A model generated the notes under the pieces. It saw nothing but the letters and a program-made list of their open reading frames with translations. It made no database searches and was not told the origin of the DNA. 64,000 nt of DNA, from positions 3,578,831-3,642,830 of the forward strand of contig CM082578.2 of assembly GCA_040954595.2 (NCBI GenBank). Direction: 5' to 3'. Source of the DNA: Balanoglossus misakiensis (lineage: Eukaryota > Animalia > Hemichordata). The position numbers and the translations under genes were made by a program. The stretch's first letter is position 1, and every line of letters starts with the position of its first letter. Of this stretch, positions 49,160 through 63,052 are shown piece by piece.

Positions 49160-52100
49160 CTTGCCCGGTATAGGTCAACAAGACTTCTTCTGGACTTTTG
49201 TAAGTACTTTGTCATACGTCTCACGGAACTGCCTCAATCATGGGCATCTCGTTGGAGGCTTATGGAGCAAGAATTGGTGGCTTTACTGGTGCTCAGAAAA
49301 CAACATGGAGTCCTTTTGTCTTACTTCTGCATACTAATTACGCAGGACCGGCCACGTCTCTCCGGCTCATTCTCATGCTATTGTTCATGAGTGGCAACGT
49401 AGAACTAAACCCCGGACCTGATACTCGGTCACAAATTACAAGAAGTGACGTAGATACAATTATAAGTTCATTATCGGAACTAAAAAACGACTCCAAAGAA
49501 CTGTAACGCCGTTTCGCTGCCTTAGAAACTCGCATGGATAATATTGAAGACACGCTACATGCCATACGTGAGACCACAATTGCAAATGCGCAGCGAATTG
49601 ATGCTGTTGAACACTCACTGGATGGAATTAAGGAATGTACGGACGAGTTTAAAGAACTAAAGAAGGAAGTAAAAACACTACGAAAGCAAGGAGATTACAG
49701 AGACAATCGAAGCCGGAGATGTAATCTTGTATTCCGAGGCATTGCTCAAGAAGACACCCGCGAAGATTGGGAGACCTCCGAGAATATTGTGAAAGATCTG
49801 ATCAAAGACAAACTAGGCATAGCCAATGACATAATATTCGAACGAGTGCATAGAATTGCAGGTACCTCAGTCCGTGCCTACAAACTGAAAGGAACGTCGA
49901 TCAGTATAGACGAAGACTTCTCACCAAGAATGAGGACAATCCGGAACAAGTTGTTGGTCAAGAGGCGAGAAATTCTCACTCTGGACGGGACGGCGAAAGC
50001 AAGATTGAGCTATGACAAGCTTATTGTCACCACCGAACATGGTAAGAAAGTATACACCTACGACGAAGACAGTCGAGCGTGTAGAGACATTTCTGAAGAA
50101 AGCCACCGAGCATAGGAATTTGGCTGGGCCCACCATCACAAAAAATCGCTAGCTATTCTCTCATGGAATGTTCAAGGCTTACGCAAACACTTGAAGAATA
50201 CAGAATTCATAGAACTTTTAAATAAATACCCTGTAATATGTCTAAATGAAACCTGGGCAAAATTTGAAAGTGAATTTGATAATGCAGTTGTTGAGTATAA
50301 ATGTTTTTCTACATTTAATGCTAAACATAGTCGTTTTGGGAGACACTCCGGTGGCGTATCTATTTTCATTATTGATCACTTAGGCTGCATTCACAAACAC
50401 CTCTGGAGGGGGGGGGGGAGAATTCAATTTTTTTTACCGTTAATTTTCACATGCCCCCCTACACAACCCGAAATATTTTCAAATCCCCCTTCCGAACTGC
50501 CAAAATTTTGAAATCCCCCCCCCCCCATTTTCTTTCACAGAGCAAAACACATCACCTATCTATCTTGTAAAATAGAAAAACAGCGCTCCCATGAAAAGAA
50601 TTTAAAATTGATGTTTCCCCTCATCAGTGGGTATTATAACTGAACATTGTTTTTATTTTTTAAGTGTTTGTATTCTGTGTTGGGAGACATTGTAAACCGA
50701 GAATTGAAGGGGGTGGGTTTGGGAGGGGGTGTCCCCCTCCCACATTAGAAAATTTTGTAAAATAAAGGGCGTGAAACTGCATTTTTGTGGACTCAAAATA
50801 AATTTTTAGTCGTCAAAGTTTTCAAGTCCCCCCCTTTCGGCGTTTCGTGGTGCGATGGCCGTAAGGCCTCGGGCGTGGGCGTGGCCCAAGGGACTGTTAT
50901 ACCTTGTTTCGCCCTCACACGGGCACTGTGGGAAAATGCCCCAGTAAAATGATTGACAGTTAATATACGTCATAAACTCATAAACGGCAAAGATGTTTTT
51001 GTTGCGTCGCCAACGGGCAGTGGGAAGTCTTTGGCGTATGAAATCGCACCTTTTCTCTTGGACAGAATCGGCGAATTTACCGAGGAACCGTCATCGATAG
51101 TTTTGGTTGTTTCGCTGCTGATTTACGCCCCCATATGCAAATTTTACTACGTCATTTTCTGCATGCATAATTAATATCAAGGCAAGGCTTACAAGCTATA
51201 ACAGTCCCTCGGGCCTCGCACCACGAAACGCCGAATCGGGCCTTCGGCCCTCGCACGAAACACCGAATCGATACACATGAGGCGCGAGGGACTGTCGACA
51301 GTCTAACATTGAGCCTATCATTGCCGAAGCATATGCCAAGTTCAATAATTTTTATTTAATAGTAGCTGGCGATTTTAACGCCCGCACTGGTGATTTACAT
51401 GATTATATAGTACAAGACAATGACGTGTATTTACAACTGGGCTATGAACCTGACATCTTTGATTTACCACGTAGTTCGAAGGATAAACGTGTCAATTTAT
51501 TTGGAAGGCAGCTGTTAGAACTATGTAAACAAGTTGATTTGCATATTGTGAATGGACGCTTCCCTGGTGACCTGTATTTCAAACAATGGGGCTAGCGTTA
51601 TAGATTATGTAATCTTGTCTTCAGAAATGTTTTCACTTGTTGAAGACTTTTCAAGTGTACCCATTGATATATCTGACCATTTTCCTATCTGTTGTAAATT
51701 TACTGACATTCAGTACACTGTACCAGAAAAAATTGATTTTGTGTGCAATACTCAACCTAGGCAACGCTTCAAATGGAATCCTACGTACTTAGACGTGTTC
51801 CAGCTGAAAATGGAAGATCGCCATGTTTGTCAACTTCTAACAAGTGTGTGCGACCATATTGCAAATGACAGTTCTGATCTAGCTATTCAGACCATAAGTG
51901 ACATCTTCGATTATGCGGCCTCAGAAATGAAAGTCAAGAACAAATCTGGCACTCGTCATCGTGCACAATAAGTTTGGTGGGATGCAGACTGTGGACGCGC
52001 CAAAAATGAAAAGTATAGACTCCTTAATATATTCAGACTTACGAATAGTAATAATGATTTGTGTTTATATCATATCGCAAAGAACAAATTTAAAGCCATT

Positions 52101-54338
52101 TGCAAGCAGAAGAAATTGTTGTTTCAGCAGAAACAAAAACGTGAACTGTTGGGGGCGAGGAACGACCCAATCAAGTTTTGGGGGTATTTACGCAATCTGA
52201 GACGTACTGTTTCGTCCAATGTTGTTATTTCAACAGATCAGTGGCATGATCAGCATTGTATAGACTGTCTTGAAAATGTTCCCCATGACCTTAATGCAGT
52301 TATTTCTGTGTGGGAAATTGAGAAAGCTATCAGCTGCATGCCAAATGGAAAATCACCTGGTCATGACGGTCCTGTCAGTGAATTACTTAAGTATAGCTGG
52401 CCACGTTTAAGCAGTGTTTTACATCTTTTATTCAACAACATTTTCTCTAATGGTAGCTTCCCAATCAGTTGGAGTAAAGCCATTATTGCACCACTTCACA
52501 AAAAGGGAAGTTTAAGTGATGTAAATAATTATAGAGGCATTTCCCTGCTTTCTGTACTTAGTAAAATTTTTACCAAAACTTTGAACTTTCGTTTGCAAAA
52601 ATGGCGCCAACAAAATAAAATTATTTCAGAAGCCCAGGCCGGCTTTCGGCATGGCTATAGTACCATCGATAATATTTTCACCCTCCAAGCTATTGTAGCA
52701 AAACATTTGACTGTGCGAAAAGGAAGATTTTATTGTATTTTCATAGACTTTTCAAAGGCCTTTGATTCTGTCCAGCATGACTTACTGTGGGTAAATTGAT
52801 TAGATATGGCATTCATGGAAATTTTCTTTCTGTTCTAAGATCAATGTATACAATGTAGTAACTTACAATATTGTGTAAATACTTCAGTCGGTTTAACCGA
52901 TTATTTTGAGTGTACCATTGGAACACGTCAAGGATGTATGCTAAGCCCTACATGTACATTGTTCACCTTATTCATTAATGATCGTGTTGAGTATTCAAAT
53001 AAGTTTGGTTGCGAGGGTGTGTATATAGATGAGGAAGCCAAAAACCTCAATATTCTGATGTACGCAGACGATATTGCTGAAGGTTCGGATGTTGCCATTC
53101 GCACCCAGAGACAAATTGATCAGCTTAAGCGTTTTTGTTCTCATTGGGGGTTAAGTGTTAACTTAAATAAGACTCAAATTATAGTGTTCCGTAGAGGAGG
53201 TCCCCTTAAAAATAACGAAAAATGGTTCCTGGGTAACAGACAAATTGAAGTTGTTCCATATTACAAATATTTAGGTTTGGTTTTCTCGTCCAGACTTAGT
53301 TGGAGCCCAACTAAGAGAAATCAAGCCTCACAAGGAAGAAAAGCTATGTTTCAATTGAAAACTGTATTGAGAAGGCTGGGTGGACTGTCATTGTCCGATT
53401 CTTTTAAACTTTTTGACACTTATGTCACTCCAATTCTCTTGTATGGCAGCGAAATTTGGGGCTGGGAGCACTTTCTTCAGGTCGAACAAGTTCATTATCA
53501 GTTTTGTAAATTTCTTTTAAATGTAAGCAGAAAAACAAATGATTTAGCTGCAATTGGTGAATGTGGTAGATTTCCACTAAGTGTAATGTATTTCAAAAGA
53601 TGAGTGAAGTATTGCAGATGGACTCTAGCAGATATCCTTATAAATGCTATGTAATGTTGTGTAGATTATCCGAAGAACGTGGTATAACATCAATTAACTG
53701 GGCCTTTAATATCAAAACCACCTTACTTTGTCAATTTGGATTTGGCCATGTATGGTTAAACCAGGGTGTCGGTTCCACAAGTTTGTTTTTATCTGTCTTT
53801 ACACAGAGACTTGAAGATTGCGCCAGGCAGAACTGGTATGAAGGGATACATTCATCTCCAAAGTTACGCACGTATCACACATTCAAATCAATGCTCGAAC
53901 CAGAAACACATCTCAGTAGTATCGATATTCTTAAATTCAGAAATGCTTTATCCAGATTCCGCTGCTCTTCACATGCCCTGGAAATCGAGAAAGGTCGCCA
54001 CGAAAATATTCCCCTAGATGAAAGGCTCTGTAAATTTTGTTTGAAGAACAACAATCATTGTATTGAAGATGAATTTCATTTTATTTCCATTTGTCCAATG
54101 TATATTAACCTTCGAAAGGAAATGCTGCCAAACTGGCTTTATGTAAATCCTTCATTTGATAAGTTTACATATCTGTTGAGAACCAAAAATGTGACATATT
54201 TAAATAATTTAGCATATTTTATTTATTGTGCAATGAAAACACGAGAGGAGTTCCTCTCTCTCGGTTGATTTCACATGTAAATTACTTGCTCTATGGGCCT
54301 GTGGCCTTATTGTATGTTAATAAATCATATTATTATAA
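49160..54338 (+). mobile_element. Near full-length degraded non-LTR retrotransposon, probably RTE-X-like (2A-like leader, coiled-coil/RRM ORF1, APE-RT ORF2)
   Basis: ORF1 RSRRCNLVFRGI and ERVHRI. Endonuclease SWNVQGL, CLNETW, GDFNARTG, IDY and SDHFP. RT NYRGISLL, FIDFSKAFD, RQGCMLSP and MYADD. C-terminal RLCKFC..EDEFHF..CP. AATAAA plus (TAT)n tail. Many stops and frameshifts; MITE insertions at ~50381-51300. Confidence 0.88.
50836..51236. mobile_element. Small TIR element carrying a RecQ-like helicase fragment, nested in a MITE within the LINE
   Basis: TIR ttcggcgtttcgtggtgcga / tcgcaccacgaaacgccgaa. Internal peptide GKDVFVASPTGSGKSLAYEIAP...SIVLVVSLL matches SF2 motifs I and Ia. Confidence 0.7.
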
Positions 54339-55117
54339 TACTGTTTTGATAAGGTGACTATGTCTTAAGTACTTCAGAAAAAAACTGAACACTTGAAATG
54401 GTGTGCATATTTACCAATAGCCACCAGTGTTTTACTCTTGTACCGCAGAATCAGTGAGCTTTTTGGCGTGTTTAAATGTTTCCTCAAAACTACAATTCAA
54501 GAAAACATATTCACAGGCAATGTCGTGTATTTTTGGAGGAAAACAACTATATCGAGTCGTACGTGTAAAAGCGACTGTGTAAATTTAGCAAAACTATCTT
54601 TTTTATAGCACTATAGTCGTGTACCAATAGAAACGTTTCAGATGAACAGTCGTCGCATCGGCAGTGGAAACTTTTACTTTTACAGGAGATAACGATGAAG
54701 TTTATGCAAATTGTTTCTGCGCTTTCACCTTGTACGCGTGCGCAAATTAAAAGACGCTGGTGTAGCTGTGGTTGATCATGGCCGCCCACCTGGCATGGCA
54801 CACCTTCGCTTGCCAATAAAGCGTGTTTATTCTATTATAGTAGGGCACGTAGGGACCCTCCCTCACAACGGGTCGGACGCTGCCACGATAGACTGAAATA
54901 TCCAGTTATACGCGGGCACGATTGAATATCTTAAATACAAAATATCTTGAATATAAATATTAAATATCTTAATATCCTGGCAACTAAGAATAAAATGTAA
55001 ATATATATATATAAATATGTAAAGTGAAGATAGAGTCGTACACGTTTCAACATACCTTAACAATTCGACATAGGTGAATCGTGCGGTCGAAGTTTGCATC
55101 TTTCTCTGATATATAAC

Positions 55118-56162
55118 ATGGTAAGTCTACATTCACAAAAGAATAATAATTTGAACACGTTAATTAGGTAAAATAGGTCGGAATGTTTGACGTTCTGATA
55201 ACTGCCGTCATAAAATTTTTTGATATGTCTGAAAGGAGAACAGCGAATACTTCAAAGTGGCCGTAGCCATTTTGCATCATGGCTTCAACTCTGGCTATTT
55301 TAACGATAAACGTATCAGAGTACAATGAGCGGTGAGACCTTCCATATTAGGTGTGTTTACAATAAAAAATACGGGACGGACCGTCTAAGAATACACCTGT
55401 TTTCTATCTCAGACATTTCGACGATTTATCGTCACAGCAGTGGTTTTACTGTCGCTACAAGCAAGCGGCTCCTTGCTAGAAAGAAACGATGGCGCCAATC
55501 AGAATGCCGCTTGTCACGGCGAAAACTGTCAGATCTCAACATCTCAGCATTATAAGAAATATTTTATCATCACGTATTATGCTGTCTGAAACTCTCAATT
55601 ATCAAATAATATATTTGCTATACCACAGACGCTTCGTATGTAGCTGTATGTACTGTACACGAATATGTAGAAAAGTGTGAAAAGTATAAGAAACTACAAC
55701 ATATAACGCTTTTCAACTGCTCTCCATAACATCATTTCCATTTTGTTAACACATAGGGCTCTGGAGACGGGAGCTAGTCGAATTGTACTTGTGGTAATTG
55801 TGATTTGATAGAGTATGTCAATGGAATTGCTGCATGGCATTGTAGCGTATGTACATTGGGAACTATAAATATATTCTGTAGTAGCCTGGGGGTCTACTTT
55901 TCACCTGAAATTACCCGATTCTAAACGTAGGTCGATCGACACTTAGGAAATGTCCCAACGCCTTTGAAAAATCTTCACAAGCAACAGAGCAACGGTAAAT
56001 GATACTGAATACTATTCCACATGTCCCAAGGCCCCATTCAAAGGTCCCTTCTCCTGGGTTCCGTTTCAACCGGCTACCACGTCCATATCTGATGGCGCGT
56101 GTATTGAGGATGTCCCTCACTTCGGCGAAATGATCTTCCATTGCAATTTCCACGTTGTGTAA
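55118..56162 (+). pseudogene. Secreted Cys-rich family copy H (diverged pseudogene)
   Basis: ATG|gtaagt at 55118. Exon 2 from 55413 is truncated after CHGENC; exon 3 from 55757 has TAG at 55775; exon 4 reads GPFSWVPFQP...FHCNFHVV* with no clear acceptor. Confidence 0.82.
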
Positions 56163-57284
56163 TTTTGTTCTGTAGTCTATTAACAAACAGATCCATTCTC
56201 ATACAAAACCAAGACAAGAAGTTATCTCTTGGTCTTCTGTTCCTATACTAGATTCATAATTATTTTTAAGAAGATGACGTATTGTAACACCAGCAAAACT
56301 TTGGGTCAACATTAACTGCGGGTAAATATTACAATTTGGTGAAATGTATAAAGGGGATTACAACCAAAAATGTATTCCTGAGACCCAGAATAAAGTCTGA
56401 TTTAGCCTCCATATGTTGAGTTCTCGTCTCCAGTTACAAAAGCATTACCTCTCAGCAACGGACTAAGTGTATTCCACACAAACAAACTCTTCCTAAATTT
56501 GGTCCGTAACAATATTCACTTTGTGATTTTGCATTTATACTATGACACCGCAGTCACAGTATAAAGTAACAGAAGATTTCTCACTCTATGAAAATTAATT
56601 CAGGCGTTTATCTGTAGATGTGAAAGTATTTCTGCAGTACTGGATACATTTAAATATTGTCTCCTTAACTACAGTTCGGCCTAAGAGTGTAATAAAAAGC
56701 TTGTATCGGGCGTGCACAAATATACTGGTAGTAGCGTACAGGCATTTGCGTTTATACTATCGTATGTGAGTTTTTTTATAGAAGTACAAAAAACAATCGT
56801 GTATATGCTGTGCACACTAACGCTAATTATAGCCGTATAATACGTCTGTAAAACGGCAGGATATCCTGAACATATACAGAAGAAACTCACTCACTCACAA
56901 ACTCACTCACTCATAGCCCACGTAACGTTCCGCTACGATGCTACCGGACATCGTACACTGAGGCGCACCCAACGGTTTGGCTGAGGTGGATGGTTTAGGT
57001 GGAACTATAGGCTCAGCGTTGCCATATATAACTGACCGAATATTTAAGTTTTAAAACCGAGTTTGTATTTTTGTCTGGTCTATTTATAAAATCTAATCAT
57101 AGTCTCAAATGTTCCCCTGTTGGCCGCTATATGTTTTTGCTGTGTGCACAATGTATTATTGGGGGGGGGGGGGGAGGGGAGATGAGCTTTGGGAAATCAT
57201 GATAGACACATACCATACAGTACCCGCTTGAAAACACTTGTTCGCTGTACAGCGGAAACACACAAGCTTCAACAAGTGTTGATC

Positions 57285-60200
57285 GTGGTTAATTTATGCA
57301 AATGACGAGAGGTGTAAAGATAAACTCTTATTGTGCGGCATCGACATTGGAGGAATCCACATTGTATTGAACCTGTACAGTCCCCCACAGGGTGATAAAA
57401 CGAGAATTTCAATACACGATGTGCCATTTCACGTGACGAATGCGACGATTGATGCATTTCTCAGTCAGTATTGTGAACAGAAGGAAGCTGTTGTCCGGTG
57501 CACGGTCACAGATCCACCGGACGGAGCAAAATACTACAACGGCAATCGGTTCTGTTACGTGACATCAGTCAAGAAACCAATCCCAAACTTTGTACAGATG
57601 GAGACGGAGACTCAGGACGGTGTGAAAATTTCTTATCCCATTAGAATTTTCTATACCGGTCAACCAACCGAATGTCGACACTGCAAGGGTGAAGACCACC
57701 AAACACGGCACTGCCCGAATCGTCCACCAATGAAATGTTACAACTGCCAACAAAGCGGTCACAGGGGACGTCTCTGTCCAAAAGGCAAGCAATGCTACAA
57801 TAATTGTAAAGACTTTGGTCACATTGCGGCGAAGTGCCCGAAAACCGCTGAAAACGAAAAAGCGGTCGACAAGTTTGTGGAAAGTTATTCTAAGCGTGTC
57901 AGAGAAGCAGAAAAAATTATCGACATGGCTATTGAAGACATTACGCAGTCAACAACGAATCTTGTGACGACAAATGCGGTAGTTCACGCCAATCCAGAGA
58001 AAGAGACGACGGCAAAGAAAGATGGCGACGAGCGGGAGATTTATCAGTGTAAAATTAGATTTAGAGGGATCTTCCCTCCGTCTTTTCAATATTTATGCTC
58101 CGAACAGTACTTCTGCCAAATTTTCTTGTTTTGCTTGCCTTTGTAATTTTGTTAATCAAGTGATGTTAGATGGCGACCACATTGTAATTTGTGGCGATTT
58201 CAATACGATTTTGGATCCAAAGTTAGACAAATTTTCTAGTTGTGACAAAGACAATGACTGCGTTGATGCCAAAGTAAGGCGTTCTTTAAAAAATATTTTG
58301 CAATTGTATGATTTGTGCGACATTTGGCGTAAGTTTCATCCTTATGTTAAGCAATATACCTGGCGGCGGAGAAGGCCTATAACACAAAGCCGTCTCGATT
58401 TTTTTCTTGTGTCAAATGGAATTAACAAAAGTGCTACTCTGTGTGAAATCATTCCTGCAAGTTATAGTGATCACATGGCTGTTGTGCTTTCCTTTGTTTA
58501 TTGTAAGCATGAGAAAGGTCCAGGTTACTGGAAATTTAACAACAGTCTGTTAGAAGATAATGTTTATTTGAATAAGCTGGTTGTTTATATTGAGAATTGT
58601 GCAAAAAAATATAGCCATGTGGCTTGTAAACAAACGAAATGGGATTTATACAAGAAAGCGTTAAAGCAGTTTACAGTTACATACAGCATTCAGAAAAACC
58701 GACAGCAACTGAGTAAGAAACAAGATTTTGAAGATCTGTTAAAGCAGAGCGAGAAATTGTTGTGTAATTTCCCATCAGATGAAAATTATGGGGCATTTCA
58801 GAAAACTTACTCTGACCTCAATAGTATTTTAAGTAAAGAGGCAGAGGGTTGTCAAATCAGAGCAAGAGCCCGATGGGTGGACTAGGGGGAAAAACACAAA
58901 GTATTTCCTTGGCCTAGAAAAAAGGAACGCCACAAAGAAAAATGTTGTTAAACTCATGACAAAAGAAGGGAAGGTGGTCACTGACCTCGATGATATTTTG
59001 AAAGAAGAAGTCAATTTCTATGTAGATTTGTACAGTAAAAAGCAGACGTCGCTCAGCTTGGATGATTTCATCAGTAATGCTAGTTTACCCAATTTAAGTC
59101 AGACAGACAGAAATAGTTGTGAAGGATTGATCTCCGATGAAGAGTGTTGCCGGGTGTTACGTAAAATGAAAAAGAACAAGTCCCCCGGTTATGATGGTTT
59201 TACCATTGAATTTTATTGTGCCTGCTGGCCGTTAGTGGGGAATTTGATTATTGATTCTTTTAACAGTGCTTTTCAGAATGGCAGTTTGTCAATCTCTCAA
59301 CAGAGAGGTGTTATCACATTATTACATAAGAAAAACGAGCCCGAGCTTTTAAAAAACTGGAGACCGGTGTCATTATTATGCACTGATTACAAAATTTTAA
59401 CCCAGGTTTTATCTGACAGAGTGTCAAAAGTTATTTCTAGCATTGTAAATACTGATCAGGTGGGTTACATCAGAGGGAGATTTGTGGGTGAAACTGTACG
59501 TTTAATTGAAGACATGTATCATTACACCGCCAAGCACAATATTCCCGGTGCTGTTCTGTATGTTGATTTTGAAAAAGCGTTTGATTGCATTAACTGGGAA
59601 TTCATGCATCAGGCGCTAGAAAGTTTTGGTTTTGGCCCTGAGCTGAGAAGATGGGTGAAAGTGATTTATTCTGACGTACAAAGCTGTATAATCAATAATG
59701 GGTGGATGTCGAATTTTTTCTCCTTGAAGAGAGGGGTACATGTACGCCAAGGATGCCCCCTAAGTGCGTTGCTTTTTGTTACTTGTGTGGAAGTTTTGGC
59801 ATGTAAAATTCGTCAATGCCCTGATACAGAAGGTATACAATTGCCATGTCAAAATTATAGTAGGAATGTGGTTAAAATTGCGCAGATGGCCGATGATACC
59901 ACTCTATTTCTGAAAGATAAAAAGTCTATTAGAAAAGTTCTTGGTGTATTGGAAGATTTCGAAAAGTTGTCTGGGTTGAAAGTGAACAAAGAGAAAACAG
60001 AAGGTGTTTGGCTTGGTAAAAATAGATCATGTAAGAAACATAATATGGGTTTGAAATGGACTGATCAACCAGTTAAAGCGCTTGGAGTCTGGTTTGGATA
60101 TGATCATTTGAAATGCGAGCGGTTGAATTGGGAACCAAAAGTGGCTAAATTTGAGAAAGTCTTGAATTCATGGGGCTAGAGAGATTTAACGTTTTACGGA

Positions 60201-61303
60201 AAAGTGTTGATAGTGAGTTCGCTTGCATTTATCACAATTATCATATCTAGCATCAATGATTGATGTACCAGAGCGCGTGATTAAACAAATCGACAGGTTA
60301 ATTTACAGTTTTATTTCAAAGGGTCTGGGTAAAATGGCCAGAAATGTATTAGCGGGACCATTAAACGAAGGAGGTTGTAACATGCCCATTTTTAAATGGA
60401 AAGTGGTTGCATTCAAGTTTATGTGGATTGTGCGTTTAACAAACTGTAAAAATGCATGTTGGAAGAACTACCCTCTTTATTTATTTGACCCATTTTCTGA
60501 TTTTTCAATTCTTAGAGATGTACTTTCAAATAGTAGAATTTCAAGAGAACCTTTTGTCTCAAGATTGCCAGTCTTTTATCAACAGGTCTTAAAAGCATGG
60601 AACTTTATCCCACCCCGTAAAGATACAGTCAGCACCATTTTGTGGAATTGCAAATATAATGTTTTTATTAATCTTAAGCGAAATGTAAATTATATTGAAA
60701 TTAAGAATAAGAGAGTGAAATTAATGAAATTGAAAACAAAAGATGTGTATAGATTTTTAGTAAACCGTATTGCACAACCAGCCAGCACATTGACCTGGCA
60801 GCACGAGTTCGGACAAATTATAGATTTAAAGAATGCTTGGTCATTAGCTTACAGAGTAACAAATGAGAACAAATTAAGAGCGTTTCATTGGAAATTTTTG
60901 CATAAGAAATGTATAAATAATGTAAAATTGTATCGTTGGAAAATTAGAGAAAATGCCCATCGCGTATTTTGTAATGTAGATGACACAACTCGCCATCGCT
61001 ATTTTGAGTGTACCATCGCCAAAGAAGTATGGCAAATCGTAGAAAATATTGGACATAGGTTGTATGGCTGGCACAAGGCTTTGAGTTGGCAAAATATTGT
61101 ATATGACTTTGAAAAGAACGATAACTTAGATGAGATGAACCTTTTAATTTTGATTGCTAAATGGTCTATTCACAAGTTTCACTGTATGGAATTACATAAA
61201 GCTCGTTTGTATAATCTTGTACAGAATGAACTGAAAATTCGAATGTGTAATTTATTGTAGATGTCAAATGTTTACGTGTACACAGCGTTAGATCACTCTG
61301 TAA

Positions 61304-61364
<61 letters not shown>

Positions 61365-61403
61365 CTTTTTTCCTGAAGAGATAATAAAAGATGTTAAAAA
61401 AAA
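57285..61403 (+). mobile_element. 5'-truncated Tx1/L1-clade non-LTR retrotransposon (CCHC gag ORF1, partial endonuclease, RT), inactivated
   Basis: Three zinc knuckles in ORF1. ORF2 motifs GDFN, SRLDFF, SDH, GPGYWKFN, KSPGYDG, NWRPVSLL, DFEKAFD, RQGCPLS and MADD. Stops at 58883 and 60177. AATAAA and a short poly(A); 12-bp flanking direct repeat CAAGTGTTGATC. Confidence 0.92.
61304..61364. repeat. (TTG)n microsatellite in the Tx1 3' UTR
   Basis: About 20 perfect TTG units. Confidence 0.95.
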
Positions 61404-63052
61404 CCAAGTGTTGATCATCAAATCAAAAGGTATCATGCCTACCTTTGCTGCCAATTAAATGTCGTTCATCATGGAGTAACGATTTATGGGTCACATCTCC
61501 CTCCAGATAGTTGGCAATATCCTCAACAATGTCAGCGTATGCAGTGCTGCTATGCCGCACGGACCGAGCAAATATGTAGTTTCTGTAATGTTAATGAATT
61601 ATCATTATGCAACATTAACAGAGGGTTGTTTCTTTCTCTTAATATGCGATATTTCGTCTATGCTTACATATTGTTTTTCAGGAACACACTGAAGTTGAGC
61701 GGTGGTGGGCTTTGCTCGTATTAGGAAACTTTCTAATGATCTTGTCTTGAGTAACTAACATTGCATCAAAACCAATGAAAACTCACAAAAGAAGCAAACA
61801 TCGGTTTTACTATGCACTGCATATATTTTTTCATGTATACGACAACATCATTTGATGTTGAAAATCACTTTGTTTGCATTCCCAATGCTCAGGTAACTTG
61901 GGAAAACAAAATAATGCATTTCTGGCGCTATTTACAACCATGGGCAAAGGATGAGACAAAGGTCAAAAGAATAGACGTGCGTGGGTCTTCATGTATTTTT
62001 AATATACAATGCAGATTCTTATATTATGCAAAATAAACTCTTGCAAAATCAATTAAATCCATATCATGACGTTTAACAATGAAAAATATCAAGTACATGT
62101 CCCCTATCTGGCAATATGAAATCCTTGTTTTGTAATTTAAAATGTTGATTCGGTATTATTCCAGCAGCGATGCAGGTCATGCTCATTGTAACACCTATGA
62201 CTGACGTTAGAAAGGCCACTTTCACTTCAGCTATGCCCATTCTGACGGCTTTATACACTAAATGGGTCAGGACAATACTTTGTCCTATTAATACCAAGAA
62301 TATGTAAAGCATTAGGGACTGTCCAGAATTTACTTCCAGGGGGGGGGGGCACCCATTTCCCCCAAGAAAATTTAGGGGGGGGGGCAGACATAAAAATCAC
62401 AATCTTTAGGGGGGGTCATGTAAAAAACCCTCACAATCTCAATATTTGCCCAGAAGTACTGATTTATAAGAAACAAACCACCATGGCTACCTGGATGACA
62501 GATGAACTCCACAAGTGTATTAAATAAATCTTCATAAGCTGGCATTTCCGGTAATTTTTACGGTGGTTTATTTTGTATATCTACAACAGTTTCTTGTTCT
62601 ACTACTCTGTGAAGCATAATAACATGTCCAACATATTTGGCCTGCCAGCACAGACCATATATGTACAATGAACAGTCAGTGTTGTTACTGTTGATAACTG
62701 AGCTCAATTCAAATCCAGACAAGTTTAAAGAATTAGACTTTTTTGACAATCTATTTACTTTTCTATGACAAAAGATACCAGCAGCTAGTGATAAATTAAT
62801 TCTACATTTTTAGCTCACGTGAAAATCACGTGAGCTTATGGTTTAGCGATGTCTGTGTGTGTGTGTGTGTGGCTGTCTGTATACCCGATATCTCCAGAAC
62901 CGCTGAACCGATTTCAACCAAATTTAGTACACAGGTTCAGATATCATATGCAAGAACTGAAAAGGTTTTGGTGGGTGTGGCTTTGATATTAATGAAGTTA
63001 TTAAAGTTTTAATTTTTCTATTACATGGTTGTCTATGAGAGCTTTCGTTTAA

